Assembly (NCBI RefSeq): GCF_964204645.1
Contig: NC_134034.1
Coordinates: forward strand, 1,922,072-1,986,071
Reading direction: 5' to 3'
Length of the DNA: 64,000 nucleotides
DNA from: Tubulanus polymorphus
Taxonomy: Eukaryota > Animalia > Nemertea
Position numbers and translations under genes: made by a program. Below, piece by piece: positions 36,601 through 46,648 of this stretch (the first letter of the stretch is position 1; the number at the start of each line of letters is the position of its first letter). Below the pieces are notes generated by a model. The model saw only the letters and a list, made by a program, of their open reading frames with translations. It was not told the origin of the DNA and ran no database searches.

Positions 36601-37019
36601 CATAGAACCCCTTGAATAGCGCATAATAGGTATCAACGTATATATTAAACATTATTGCAGCAGATTTTACGGCATCAAAAAATTATGAAAAATTTCAGAC
36701 TTTTTTACAGAATTCATAAAACTGAATTTAAATTCCCACTCTCCTCAGAAAGAAAGAGAAGTCCAGGTTTCCTGATGATGAGATTTTGGATCAAGGAAAC
36801 GAAAGAAATAATTGCTTAAACAGTGATAACATTTCTACACAGCTTACATAACTTGGCAGTGATATCTAAACGTAGCGGACACAGACTACAAAATTTATAC
36901 TCTACATTGAATTTCATCTCTTACCTGGAGACATTTCGAGTTTGCGAGTCTTTAAGATTGTTCGCGATACACCTTCCTACTGTCGGGCTGTATTTCGATA
37001 AGTTTCGAAAGCTTGCCAT
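27699..37019 (-). CDS. COQ10: Coenzyme Q-binding protein COQ10 homolog, mitochondrial (5 exons, about 249 aa)
   Basis: Exons 37019-36925, 36126-35932, 28858-28666, 28499-28398, 27863-27699 (750 nt). [34 protein letters not shown] joins across the 7-kb intron 2; [31 protein letters not shown]-domain motifs; basic transit-peptide-like N-terminus. Confidence 0.92.
27884..28380 (+). repeat. Family A minisatellite filling COQ10 intron 4, about 7 copies
   Basis: TGATGATGTCATAGGGGG at about 79-bp spacing. Confidence 0.92.
28958..29290. mobile_element. Cluster of Harbinger/Tourist-like MITEs and fragments (GG..GTTTTATAGACTG TIR family)
   Basis: About 110-bp palindromic units with CWG flanks; the family recurs at 33085-33410, 47351-47468, 47600-47710. 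Confidence 0.65.
29752..30010. mobile_element. piggyBac-like MITE, degraded right end
   Basis: TTAA|CCCTTTCAGTGC start; body homologous to the 13253 and 36161 copies. Confidence 0.75.
30386..33932 (-). CDS. MFSD12: Major facilitator superfamily domain-containing protein 12 (3 coding exons, about 484 aa), nested in COQ10 intron 2
   Basis: Exons 33932-33451, 32161-31642, 30838-30386 (1455 nt). [68 protein letters not shown]. Acceptor at 33989-33990 and candidate non-coding first-exon donor at 34739-34740. Confidence 0.94.
31233..31529 (+). mobile_element. tRNA-derived SINE in an MFSD12 intron
   Basis: A box TGGCCTAAAGG (31242), B box GTTCGAACC (31287), GTGTCCTTAGGCAAGGCA core-like segment, GCGCTATACAAAT and (TTA)n tail. 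Confidence 0.8.
33085..33410. mobile_element. Nested Harbinger-like MITEs
   Basis: Outer GGGTCCGGTTTTATAGAC...GTCTATAAAACCGGGCCC enclosing two further inverted-repeat units. Confidence 0.65.
36161..36441. mobile_element. piggyBac-like MITE in COQ10 intron 1
   Basis: TTAA|CCCTTTCA...TGAAAGGG|TTAA, about 30 nt from the exon 2 acceptor. Confidence 0.88.
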
Positions 37020-37089
37020 TCGTTAAAAATCACTTTTTCTCCAGCGAAAACGAGAAAACTCACAGATTTAGATCCATCGATTTATGTTT

Positions 37090-37250
37090 ACTTCCTGGTT
37101 TTCCTGGATATCCTTCGATTCTGACGTCATTGCCAGTGGGAATCCCCTTTTCTGACGTCGGTAGCCAGGAAATTTCTCCCTGACGTCATTTGCTATCCTA
37201 CGAATGACGTCATTGAACCGGAATCCCCTTTTGAGTAGATGGCGCCAGCT
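37090..37250. promoter_or_regulatory. COQ10 upstream region with clustered CRE palindromes
   Basis: TGACGTCA at 37122, 37181, 37205 and TGACGTCG at 37153; YY1/CTCF-like AGATGGCG at about 37237. Confidence 0.55.
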
Positions 37251-37847
37251 TACGGCAGGTAGCTCAGTTGCCAGAGTCGCCTTCGAATGGTCAATTCCGA
37301 ACTAATCATCAACAAAATTAGGCCAAGCTCATTTAAACTAGAGAATTTCTATTTTGAAAAGCATCAAATAGCGTTAAAGAATTTTCGAAGATTTTTTCTA
37401 CTCTTAAATAAAATTCAGTGTGACAATTTGTCGCCTCCAAGTGAGGCCAATTATCCCAGACAAATTTCTTTCTTTCTTGGGAACGTATAACCTGGGACAC
37501 TTCGTTCTCGGCTATTTGGTTATCCTTCCTCTTAAAGTATCCTCAAATAGCGGTGATTTCAACAGAGATATGTAATCCAGCAAATAATCACTGAACTGAA
37601 CAATTACTTTTTTATTCTTTCTGACAATTTATTTAGTCAACTATCAGATCTTTCCATCTCGCTTCAATACATATTCTGAGCGGGACCTTCCAATCTCTAC
37701 GCAAAATCACATTCGGAAGACTAACAGGTAACAAATAGAAACCGGTGATAAATAACTTTCCCTTCTTTCGGCAATAAGTCCAGCTGTTTTTATTTCATTC
37801 CGCAATTTTAAACCACAATGCTGTGAATGTATCGAGTTCCCGCCATG

Positions 37848-39317
37848 CTACGTGTTCTCAGTCGTCAAGGCAACCGGTGGACCGAATTGTTGCATCGTTT
37901 GCATCACTAACGTCAACAGATCGAGGAAAGAATTCACTCCAACTCTCAACATGCGGGCTTCAGCCGCGGTGAAATTACTGAAAATGAAAATAAAACACTT
38001 TTAATTTGAACTTTTAAAACCCATCGATCCACATTCTACAGTTCTGGACTCAATTTCACAGTTCAGGACTCCTACAGTTCTGGACTCAATTCCACAGTTC
38101 AGGACCCAGTTCCACAGTTCAGGACTCCTACAGTTCTGGACTCAATTTCACAGTTCAGGACCCAGGTCCACAGTTCTCCTACAGTTCTGGACTCAATTCC
38201 ACAGTTCAGGACCCAATTCCACAGTTCAGGACTCCTACAGTTCTGGACTCAGTTCCACAGTTCAGAACCCAGTTCCACAGTTCTCCTACAGTTCTGGGCT
38301 CAATTCCACAGTTCAGAACCCAGTTGTACAGTTGTGGGACTCGCTCCACAGTGAACCCAGTTCTACAGTTTTGGATCCAGTTCTTCACTTCAGCAACCAC
38401 TCAAACAAGCGTCAAATATTCCACAACCGTGGAACCGTCAGATTTCATCCGCACTTATCCACTGTGGAACCAACAGGTGAGTGGTGGGTACTCAAAGATC
38501 CGATTCCATTCAAATTTAACTCAAGGTATTATCGTGAAACCGGGTCCATCTAAAATTCATTTCCATCTTAAATTTCCCGCGAAATCTTACATGATTAAGA
38601 AATTTCGATCGACAGTTAAAGTTTTACGACAACCTCCTCTTTTCGGTTCCTTGTCGACGCTGAGACTTCCGAACGCGATATCCGCTTCTCGTTCTGTCAG
38701 AAACGGAATCCTCAATTCACTAGATATAATCAGCGAGTCAAAGAAAATAGATGATTAAATTTAATCGAATCTTTAGCTTTATCGAACCCTGGGCCCAGTT
38801 TCACAAAAAGGTTTAACTCTTAAATCGATTTAATTTCTTCATTAATTCAGTTTATCTTGAATCGATTTAGGCCTTAATCCTTTTTGTGAAACTGGGCCCT
38901 GGCTTGTAATCAAGGACTGTCAACGATTTGCATCAATCTCTGGAAACTGCATTTTAGGAAGTTCTGTTCCTTTTTTACCTGAAAAAAAATACTTCTTTTC
39001 TCTACAAGTTGATTGCTTATTCATTTGGAATTAATATCCCCCTAAAGATGTCATAATCACAGGGTTGAGCGAAATTATCGATTATCAATTGGTAATTTGG
39101 TATAAACTCTAGGACGTTTTCTGTTGATACTTAGCATCACCTCCAGGTAAATATATCGATAATTCATCTGTATTCAATAATTATGATTCAAAAATGGAAT
39201 CAGAATCGAAGGCTTATTGTTTCTTAACATTTGTGTCTCATATTCAGTCGTTGTCATCGTCGGATTTGTTTGAATTTCAAAAGGATACGCGCTCAAATTT
39301 GGAACATCGACTTCCAT
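37848..39317 (-). CDS. LAGE3: KEOPS/EKC complex subunit LAGE3/Pcc1 (3 exons, 95 aa)
   Basis: Exons 39317-39289, 38719-38591, 37977-37848 (288 nt): MEVDVPNLSAELRIPFLTEREADIAFGSLSVDKEPKRGGCRKTLTVDRNFLIINFTAAEARMLRVGVNSFLDLLTLVMQTMQQFGPPVALTTENT. Matches the Pcc1 pattern IPF..EA.IA..SL..D.EP / LRV.VNSFLD.L.LV..TM..FGPP. Confidence 0.9.
38036..38390. repeat. Short-period minisatellite (ACAGTTCWGGAC...) in LAGE3 intron 2
   Basis: Recurrent ACAGTTC every 12-21 nt. Confidence 0.88.
38720..39288 (-). other. U12-type GT-AG intron, LAGE3 intron 1
   Basis: Donor GTATCCTTTT at 39288; branch-like TTCTTTGAC about 17 nt before AG 38721-38720; phase 2 fits. Confidence 0.8.
38791..38898. mobile_element. Harbinger/Tourist-like MITE
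   Basis: CTG|GGCCCAGTTTCACAAAAAGG...CCTTTTTGTGAAACTGGGCC|CTG; CWG duplication. Confidence 0.75.
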
Positions 39318-40010
39318 TATATACAACGATATGGTCAGTTTGCGAGTTCCGAGTTTACTTTCAAACCAACGGTTTCGACTTCAAATTAGGCTCCGTAGTC
39401 ATATTTTGGCTTCATATCGAAATATTTCGTGTTTCTTTAATTTAGAATGTCAAACATGCCGGGCTTATATGATTTTTCAAAGTTTACGAGTTTATTAAAA
39501 ACTCGAAAATACTCAGATACTCAGAAACTCCGATGTCGCGTTGATTTTTCAAAATCTCCTGGTCCATACTCTATTTGCTAACTGTTTACAATTAGGTTTA
39601 TTCAAAAAAATAGTAAACAAATTGTATCAGAGTAATTTTAAAAATGATTCAAGAATTAAATCGAAAACGACGAATTAAGACTTTTGAGAGATCGATGAAA
39701 ATTGACGTGCCAATTTCGATTTACTGACTTCCGGGTTCGTCTATTTATATTTCGTTCGAGTTTGAGTCAGAGTAATTCAGTAAATTCGGGTTTTTCTGGG
39801 AATATATCAGGGTAATTTACACGTCTACCGGACAAAGAAGTTCACCGCGTATACTACTGACTCGTTTTGTAGCGGTTATAGAAGGGTCTAAATCGTCTGA
39901 AATCGTCCCCGAAAGTCGAATTGTTACGTCTGGTCTCTCTCTCCTCGAAAATTGGGTCGGATTTAATAATTATCAATTAAGTGTCAATTATTTTCGAGAA
40001 GGAATCCAGG
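39318..40010. promoter_or_regulatory. Putative bidirectional promoter LAGE3/ARL5
   Basis: Divergent ATGs about 690 bp apart; ETS-like ACTTCCGG near 39728. Confidence 0.55.
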
Positions 40011-43000
40011 ATGGGAGTTCTGTTGACGAGACTGTGGAGTTTTTTCACAAATGAAGGTAAGAAAACTTATCTTCATTAACAATCTGAACAGATGACTTGT
40101 TTAGTTTAGGCCTAATGTCTATTTATTAATTGATGAGACCTGTTTTTCTTGGATATTTTGCTTACTTTTTGGGGTACATACCTCATTTATGTCTTAACAG
40201 AATGCCAAAAATCGCGGACAACAACTGAATATCCGATATTATTCCAGTTCTGTACCGATTAGATGGATTGGCAAAAAGACTCCTTAAGTCCAGTTGAATG
40301 AGAGAGAAAATCCTCCATTTTGTCAAATTTCTTGGATTTGAACATTGTTACCATGCCTACGCCACCCTGATTTAGTTGTTGAGACCCCACAAGAAAAATA
40401 ACTTCATTTCCGTAGGCATGGTGACAATGTAAAAATTCAAGAAATTTGACAAAATGGAGGATTTTCTCTCTCATTCAACTGGACTTAAGGAGTCTTTTTG
40501 CCAATCCATCTAATTGGTACAGAACTGGAAATATATCGGATATTCAGTTGTTGTCTGCGATTTTTGGCATTCTGTAAAGACATCAATGAGGTATGTATCC
40601 CAAAAAGTAAGCAAAATATCCAAGAAAAATAGGTCTCATCAATTAATAAATAGACATTAGTTCAGTTCCCCGTTTAAAATTAGTGGATGATGCCAATGGA
40701 ATGTTGCACAGGGGCCTGGAACAAAAAAAGACCAAGATCTCAAATTATGGCTTCTCGCAAAATTGCAGCACAAGCTCATTGATGACATAATTCTTTCTTA
40801 ATTCGTTCACCAGGGGGCGTTGAATATTGATGTGTTCTGACTATATCCTTATACAATTGACATAGTCAGGATGAATAAAGTTATCTTATCTTATTTTATC
40901 CGACTGATTGTAGAGCATTTCAAACCACTCGTCAGGTGGACGTCGTGTCCCAGGGCCCCAAGTTTTGGAAGAAATACAGACAATAGTCTAATAGATTATC
41001 GTCTAACTAGTTTCTGGGAAATTGAATGTTTTCTGCTCCCAGATTCTTCCAGACACTCTCTTTAGATTGATTTCATGGTATATTATCATTACTTAAATCG
41101 TCAGTTTCGTATTTGTATTTTTCAGAACATAAAGTGATAATTGTTGGTTTGGACAATGCTGGTAAAACTACTATTCTATATCAATTGTAAGTTTGACCAG
41201 TAGTAGATCAGTGGACAGCATTATAAACAGCTGGGGCTGGTTGCTCAAAAGTTGGTTAGAGTTAACCAGTGGATAGTTGATATGGTGACAATTGAAATTT
41301 CATTGTTACTATGGTATTTAACGGGCGGTTATCTTTAACTAACTTTTGAGCAACTGGCCCCTGCTGTTCTCTAGTACAGGACACTGAAAGTGTGTTTGTG
41401 TGTGTGTGTGTGTTAGTGCTCAGGATCAAATATTCGTACATTCTGAAACACATGCAGCTTATCAGTTTCGAATTTGAATTAAGAATGTGTTTACGGTCAA
41501 ACTCCGGATCACCCTCGACCCGGTTCCGCGGTCGTTTGAGTTTGACTGGGTTCGCACCTAGTCCTGAAAATCCTGGTAAAGTTATGTAAACTAGGCGTTT
41601 GAAATGTATAAAAGAGTTGAAATTTGAGAGTTACCGGATAGTGGGCTCTATGGGGTTAGAATATGAGTTATCAGATAGTATAGCCTATGGGCTCTATTGG
41701 GTTAGAATATGACTTATCAGATAGTATAGCCTATGGGCTGTATGGGGTTAGAATATGAGTTATCAGATAGTATAGCCTATGGGCTCTATGGGGTTAGAAT
41801 ATGAGTAATCAGATAGTATAGCCTATGGGCTCTATGGGGTTAGAATATGAGTTATCAGATTGTGTGTAGGCTGTAGGGGGTTAAAATGTGCACCCTGATA
41901 TTTCGATATCTAAATAACAGTAATTGCTCTTTCCTATGTAAATAACCATTAATGGAATTTATAGTTGAGAATGGATTGATATCTCGGCGAATCAGCATTA
42001 CTACGGTTCGCCATTTGTATCGATTCAGAATGTTTGTTTGTTGATATTTAACTGAATGACACTCGACCAGAGACTCTGTTCCACTCCACTCTACCCCGCA
42101 CATACAACAACTGTTACCACTTCTCTTCTCTATACCACATATATTTTATTACGAGTCAAATCATTAAACCAGATGTTTCTTTTGTATCAGGAAAATAAAG
42201 CCGTATGTAAAATTACCATCAATGATTTTTTTATCGATTTGATGATGTCATAGGGGGATTAATATAGGCTGACATCTCTTTCCGGAAGTGTCTATAGATC
42301 GAGTCACTCGTAGACAATTTGATGATGTCATAGGTAGGATTAATGGAAGCAGACATCTTTTCTAGAAGTGTCTATAGATCAAATAACTAGTAGATAATTT
42401 GATGATGTCATAGGGGGATTCATGGAGGCAAACAAAGTTTCTATAGATCTATCAAATCACTAGTACGTAGGTAAATTGATGATGTCATAGGGGGGTTTAT
42501 TGAGGCAGCCATCATTTAGATCAATTGTTCATAGTTAATTTGATGATGTCGTAGAAATATGTGCAGACCGGTTTCACTCTAGCGCCACCTCTTGCTCGTC
42601 GATCCTCACTCGCCACTGTTTGATTTCCGTTTTTGTTTTTTCTCTCAGTTTGATGAATGAAGTCGTTCACACGTCCCCGACGATCGGCAGCAACGTGGAA
42701 GAGGTCGTGTGGAAGAATATCCACTTTCTGATGTGGGACATCGGCGGACAGGATTCATTACGATCGGCGTGGAATACTTACTACTCTAACGCGCAGGTAG
42801 GCTGTTTACGAGATAGAGTACCCCCTCCTATTACTCCACCCCCCCCCCCCCCACGTCGTTGAAAAGAATTTGCGCCAACTATCGCTCGAATCTATTGTTC
42901 GGTCGAAATAAGTTTAGCCCCGGTCTAGCCCTAACCCTAAACCCGGTCTTATCTAAAGTCTCTACTGAACGACCAGCCCATAGGAGTTAAGCCGAGCCTT

Positions 43001-44930
43001 ATCTTCAGTCTCAACTGTGGAACCGGACTGTATGAATTAAGCCCAATCTTATCTACTACTGTCGAACTGAGCCATAAAGGGTTTAGTCATACTCTTATCT
43101 AAGTCTCAACTGTTCAGTCTTATCTTAAGTCTCTAGCTATAAAACTGGACCAAAATGAGCTTAGCCCAGTCTTATCTTAAGTCTCTAGCTATAAAACTGG
43201 ACCAAAATTAGCTTAGCCCGGTCTTATCTTAAGCCTCTAACTATAAAACTGGACCAAAATGAGCTTAGCCCGGTCTTATCTTAAGCCTCTAACTATAAAA
43301 CTGGACCAAAATTAGCTTAGCCCGGTCTTATCTTAAGCCTCTAACTATAAAACTGGACCAAAATGAGCTTAGCTCGGTCTTACCTTAAGCCTCTAACTAT
43401 AAAATTGGACCAAAATGAGCTTAGCCCGGTCTTACCTTAAGTCTCTAGCTATAAAAGTGGACCAAAAATTAGCTTTAGCCCGGTGTTATCTTAAGTCTCA
43501 ATTTTCAAAATAAGTGTGCCCTGAATACATACGCGTTATACTTGAAATATTAATCTTTCCTCCAACTGATATTTTGCAGTTTGTGATAATGGTAATCGAT
43601 AGTACGGATCGCGAGCGTCTACCCATAACTAAAGAAGAATTAACGAATATGTTAGCTAACGAGGTCAGTATCGCCGATGACCACCGCCGCCAGGTGGCGG
43701 CGAAATCGCTCGACATTCGATCGTTCGATGTAATCGATTTATCGTCTTTTCGTGCACCGTCCTTTTTCTATTCTAGGAATTGAAGAAAGCTCGCGTTTTG
43801 ATATTCGCGAATAAACAGGATTTGAAAGGCGCGATGACGGCCAGCGAAATATCGCAACAACTCAGTTTAACGTCGATTAAAGATCACGGTTGGCATATAC
43901 AAGCGTGCTGCGGCCTGACCGGCGAAGGGTATGTATATATCGCGCGTGCTACCTAGGAATCCGCTCTTAATTTTCAGATTTGAAAATTTCTATCGTCACT
44001 CGGTTGGGATTCGAACCTGATGCTATCGCTAGACTCAGTCACAGCATGAAACCCTGCCCGGTTAGACACTGTCTGTAGATACACGCGCAGGTTTGCTGCA
44101 CAATAACATGCGACACTATCATATCGCCTGTCGTACTGTCGCTGTGGTGTGGGTTTTATGGATCAACTATGCAAATCCCTGGCCAAAATCAAATGTGATT
44201 TCTGGTTGGAGGATGTGTCTACTAGGGGCAGGGGTTTGTACTGCGACAGAGTCTCACGATGTCATCAGGTTCAAATCCCTGCTGAGGGAGGATGTGTCTA
44301 CTAGGGGCAGGGGTTTGTACTGTGACAGAGTCTCATGATGATGTCATCAGGTTCAAATCCCTGCTGAGGGAGGATGTGACTACTAGGGGCAGGGGTTTGT
44401 ACTGTGACAGAGTCTCATGATGATGTCATCAGGTTCAAATCCCTGCTGAGGGAGGATGTGTCTACTAGGACAGGGGTTTGTACTGCGACAGAGTCTCATG
44501 ATGTCATCAGGTTCAAATCCCTGCTGAGGGAGGATGTGTCTACTAGGACAGGGGTTTGTACTGTGACAGAGTCTCACGATGTCATCAGGTTCAAATCCCT
44601 GTTGAGGGAGGATGTGTCTAATAGGGGCAGGGGTTTGTACTGCGACAGAGTCTCACGATGTCATCAGGTTCAAATCCCTGCTGAGGGAGGATGTGTCTAC
44701 TAGGGGCAGGGGTTTATACTGTGATAGAGTCTCACGATGTCATCAGGTTCAAATCCCTGCTGAGGGAGGATGTGTCTACTAGGGGCAGGGTGTTATACTG
44801 TGACAGGACTGTTTGACTCCCTGATGAAAGAAGATGGTATATTTTAGATGTTTCATCTTATGTTTCTGTTGTTTTTTCTTTCAGACTGTATAAAGGTTTA
44901 GAATGGATGGTCAGTCATCTAAGGAGATGA
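40011..44930 (+). CDS. ARL5: ADP-ribosylation factor-like GTPase 5 (6 exons, 178 aa)
   Basis: Exons 40011-40056, 41126-41186, 42649-42796, 43580-43663, 43777-43928, 44885-44930 (537 nt). MG myristoylation start, [36 protein letters not shown]. Confidence 0.96.
40112..40660. mobile_element. 549-bp foldback element (250-bp arms, 49-bp loop) in ARL5 intron 1
   Basis: 40112-40361 is the near-perfect reverse complement of 40411-40660. Confidence 0.9.
41234..41360. mobile_element. Harbinger-like MITE
   Basis: CTG|GGGCTGGTTGCTCAAAAGTT...AACTTTTGAGCAACTGGCCC|CTG. Confidence 0.72.
41643..41860. repeat. 46-bp minisatellite, about 5 copies
   Basis: GGGCTCTATGGGGTTAGAATATGAGTTATCAGATAGTATAGCCTAT. Confidence 0.92.
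42240..42550 (+). repeat. Family A minisatellite in ARL5 intron 2
   Basis: TGATGATGTC cores x5. Confidence 0.88.
43115..43497. repeat. 52-bp minisatellite, about 7 copies
   Basis: GTCTTATCTTAAGYCTCTARCTATAAAACTGGACCAAAAT... tandem. Confidence 0.93.
44210..44805 (+). repeat. Family B 78-79 bp minisatellite in ARL5 intron 5
   Basis: Same unit as 14075-14582. Confidence 0.95.
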
Positions 44931-46118
44931 TTTTAACTGCAAACTATTTATTTAAAAAAAAACAATTTCCGAGCATTTTAAACGTTTTAAAAAACATTCG
45001 AGCGATTTAAAATGACGGTTTAAATCGTGCCAGCCCGTAACGCGTCACCGGACGAACGGAGGGTTACTACGGCGACGTGCTGAAAGAAAATCGATTGCGC
45101 TTTTCGATCGGACGGTTGGTATTAATGTGCGGACTCCGCGGTAGCGCGCGGAATGTTAAATCGTCGGATACCGGACTCGAAGATGGATTTATATTTCGAT
45201 CAAAGACGTTGTTGAACTGTTGCTATTAGATGCTGCTGTTATTTACGGAAATGAAGCGCGCGCTGTCGCCGGTCAGAGTCATCGGAACCCTGAAGTTAGG
45301 ATCATACTTCGCATTTGCGCAAACGTTTCTAGAATGAGAACTGCATGGCTGTGCTATTTATGGTAGTTTGACGATGGGGTTTATGTAGGCGGCTATCTTT
45401 ATTGTTAAGGCAGATGGATGATGGGATTGTCTTGAATTAGTGACATCATCATATGTATCGGATATGGCAGCCTCGTTTAGGGTGCTAATCATCACTTGAT
45501 GATGTCATAAGGGGATTTATACGGAGGCAGCCATCCTTTAATTAAACGGAACATCTGTGGATCGTATTTTCTAGAACGATGTATATCGAGTCGCTAGTCT
45601 GAGGTGATTTGACGATGTCGTTTGTCAGCTGAAATTGCTTTAAGAGGGTGTTTGCCAAGGGGGGTGGGTGAAAAAAGGGTATCTAGTCGAATACCCCGGT
45701 AGGTGAATTACATCTGGAAATAAGACTTATGATATTCAATAAATCGGTAAAAAGTCTTTGCACTGCCCAATATTCTACAATTCAAGTCGGCTAAGTCTGA
45801 ATTGCTCATCCTTGTTTTAGTGTGTAATGTTTTGTTCCCGATATTAGTGATATCGCGGAACGAATATTCAAAATTTTGAATTCGTTGCCACTGGGGCTTA
45901 TAATATTTTCAATCTTCAGTAAGAAAGAGCGACAGGTTTAGGAACTACTGTAGAAATTGTTTTATGTTGCTGTACTTGAACCTTTTTTCATGTAACTGGG
46001 TTTCACATGTTGTTATAATATTCAATGGTTTATTTGATTTTGTGCAAAGCCTCTGTATTTTGTTTTCGAGTAACTGTAGTTCACTAAAAAAAAAGTAATG
46101 TTGTACCACTGAACGATA

Positions 46119-46648
46119 CAGTAGACTCCTCCTTAATCGGTACTAGTTATCACTGTAAACCACTCAACTCGGTGAAATATTTACAGCAGTCCCAACGCTA
46201 CCGAGTTCCCTAGTTCTCAACTCGGTGAAATATCTACAACAGTCCCAACGCTACCGAGTTCCCTGATTCTCAACTCGGTGAAATATTTACAGCAGTCCCA
46301 ACGCTACCGAGTTCCCTGATTCTCAACTCGGTGAAATATTTACAGCAGTCTCAACGCTACCGAGTTCCCTGATTCTCAACTCGGTGAAATATTTACAGCA
46401 GTCCCAACGCTACCGAGTTCCCTGATTCTCAACTCGGTGAAATATTTACAGCAGTCTCAACACGCTACCGAGTTCCCTGATTCTCAACTCGGTGAGATAT
46501 TTACAACAGTCCCAAAGCTACCGAGTTCCCTGATTCTCAACTCGGTGAGATATTTACAACAGTCCCAAAGCTACCGAGTTCCCTGATTCTCAACTCGGTG
46601 AGATATTTACAACAGTCCCAAAGCTACCTTGTAAGGCAGAGTCTACTG
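46119..46648. mobile_element. Tc1/mariner-like MITE carrying an internal 53-bp tandem array (46164-46628, about 9 copies)
   Basis: TA|CAGTAGACTC...GAGTCTACTG|TA. Confidence 0.8.

Noticed and set aside
42927-42944. Telomeric CCCTAA repeat
   Set aside because: Only about two units; not significant.
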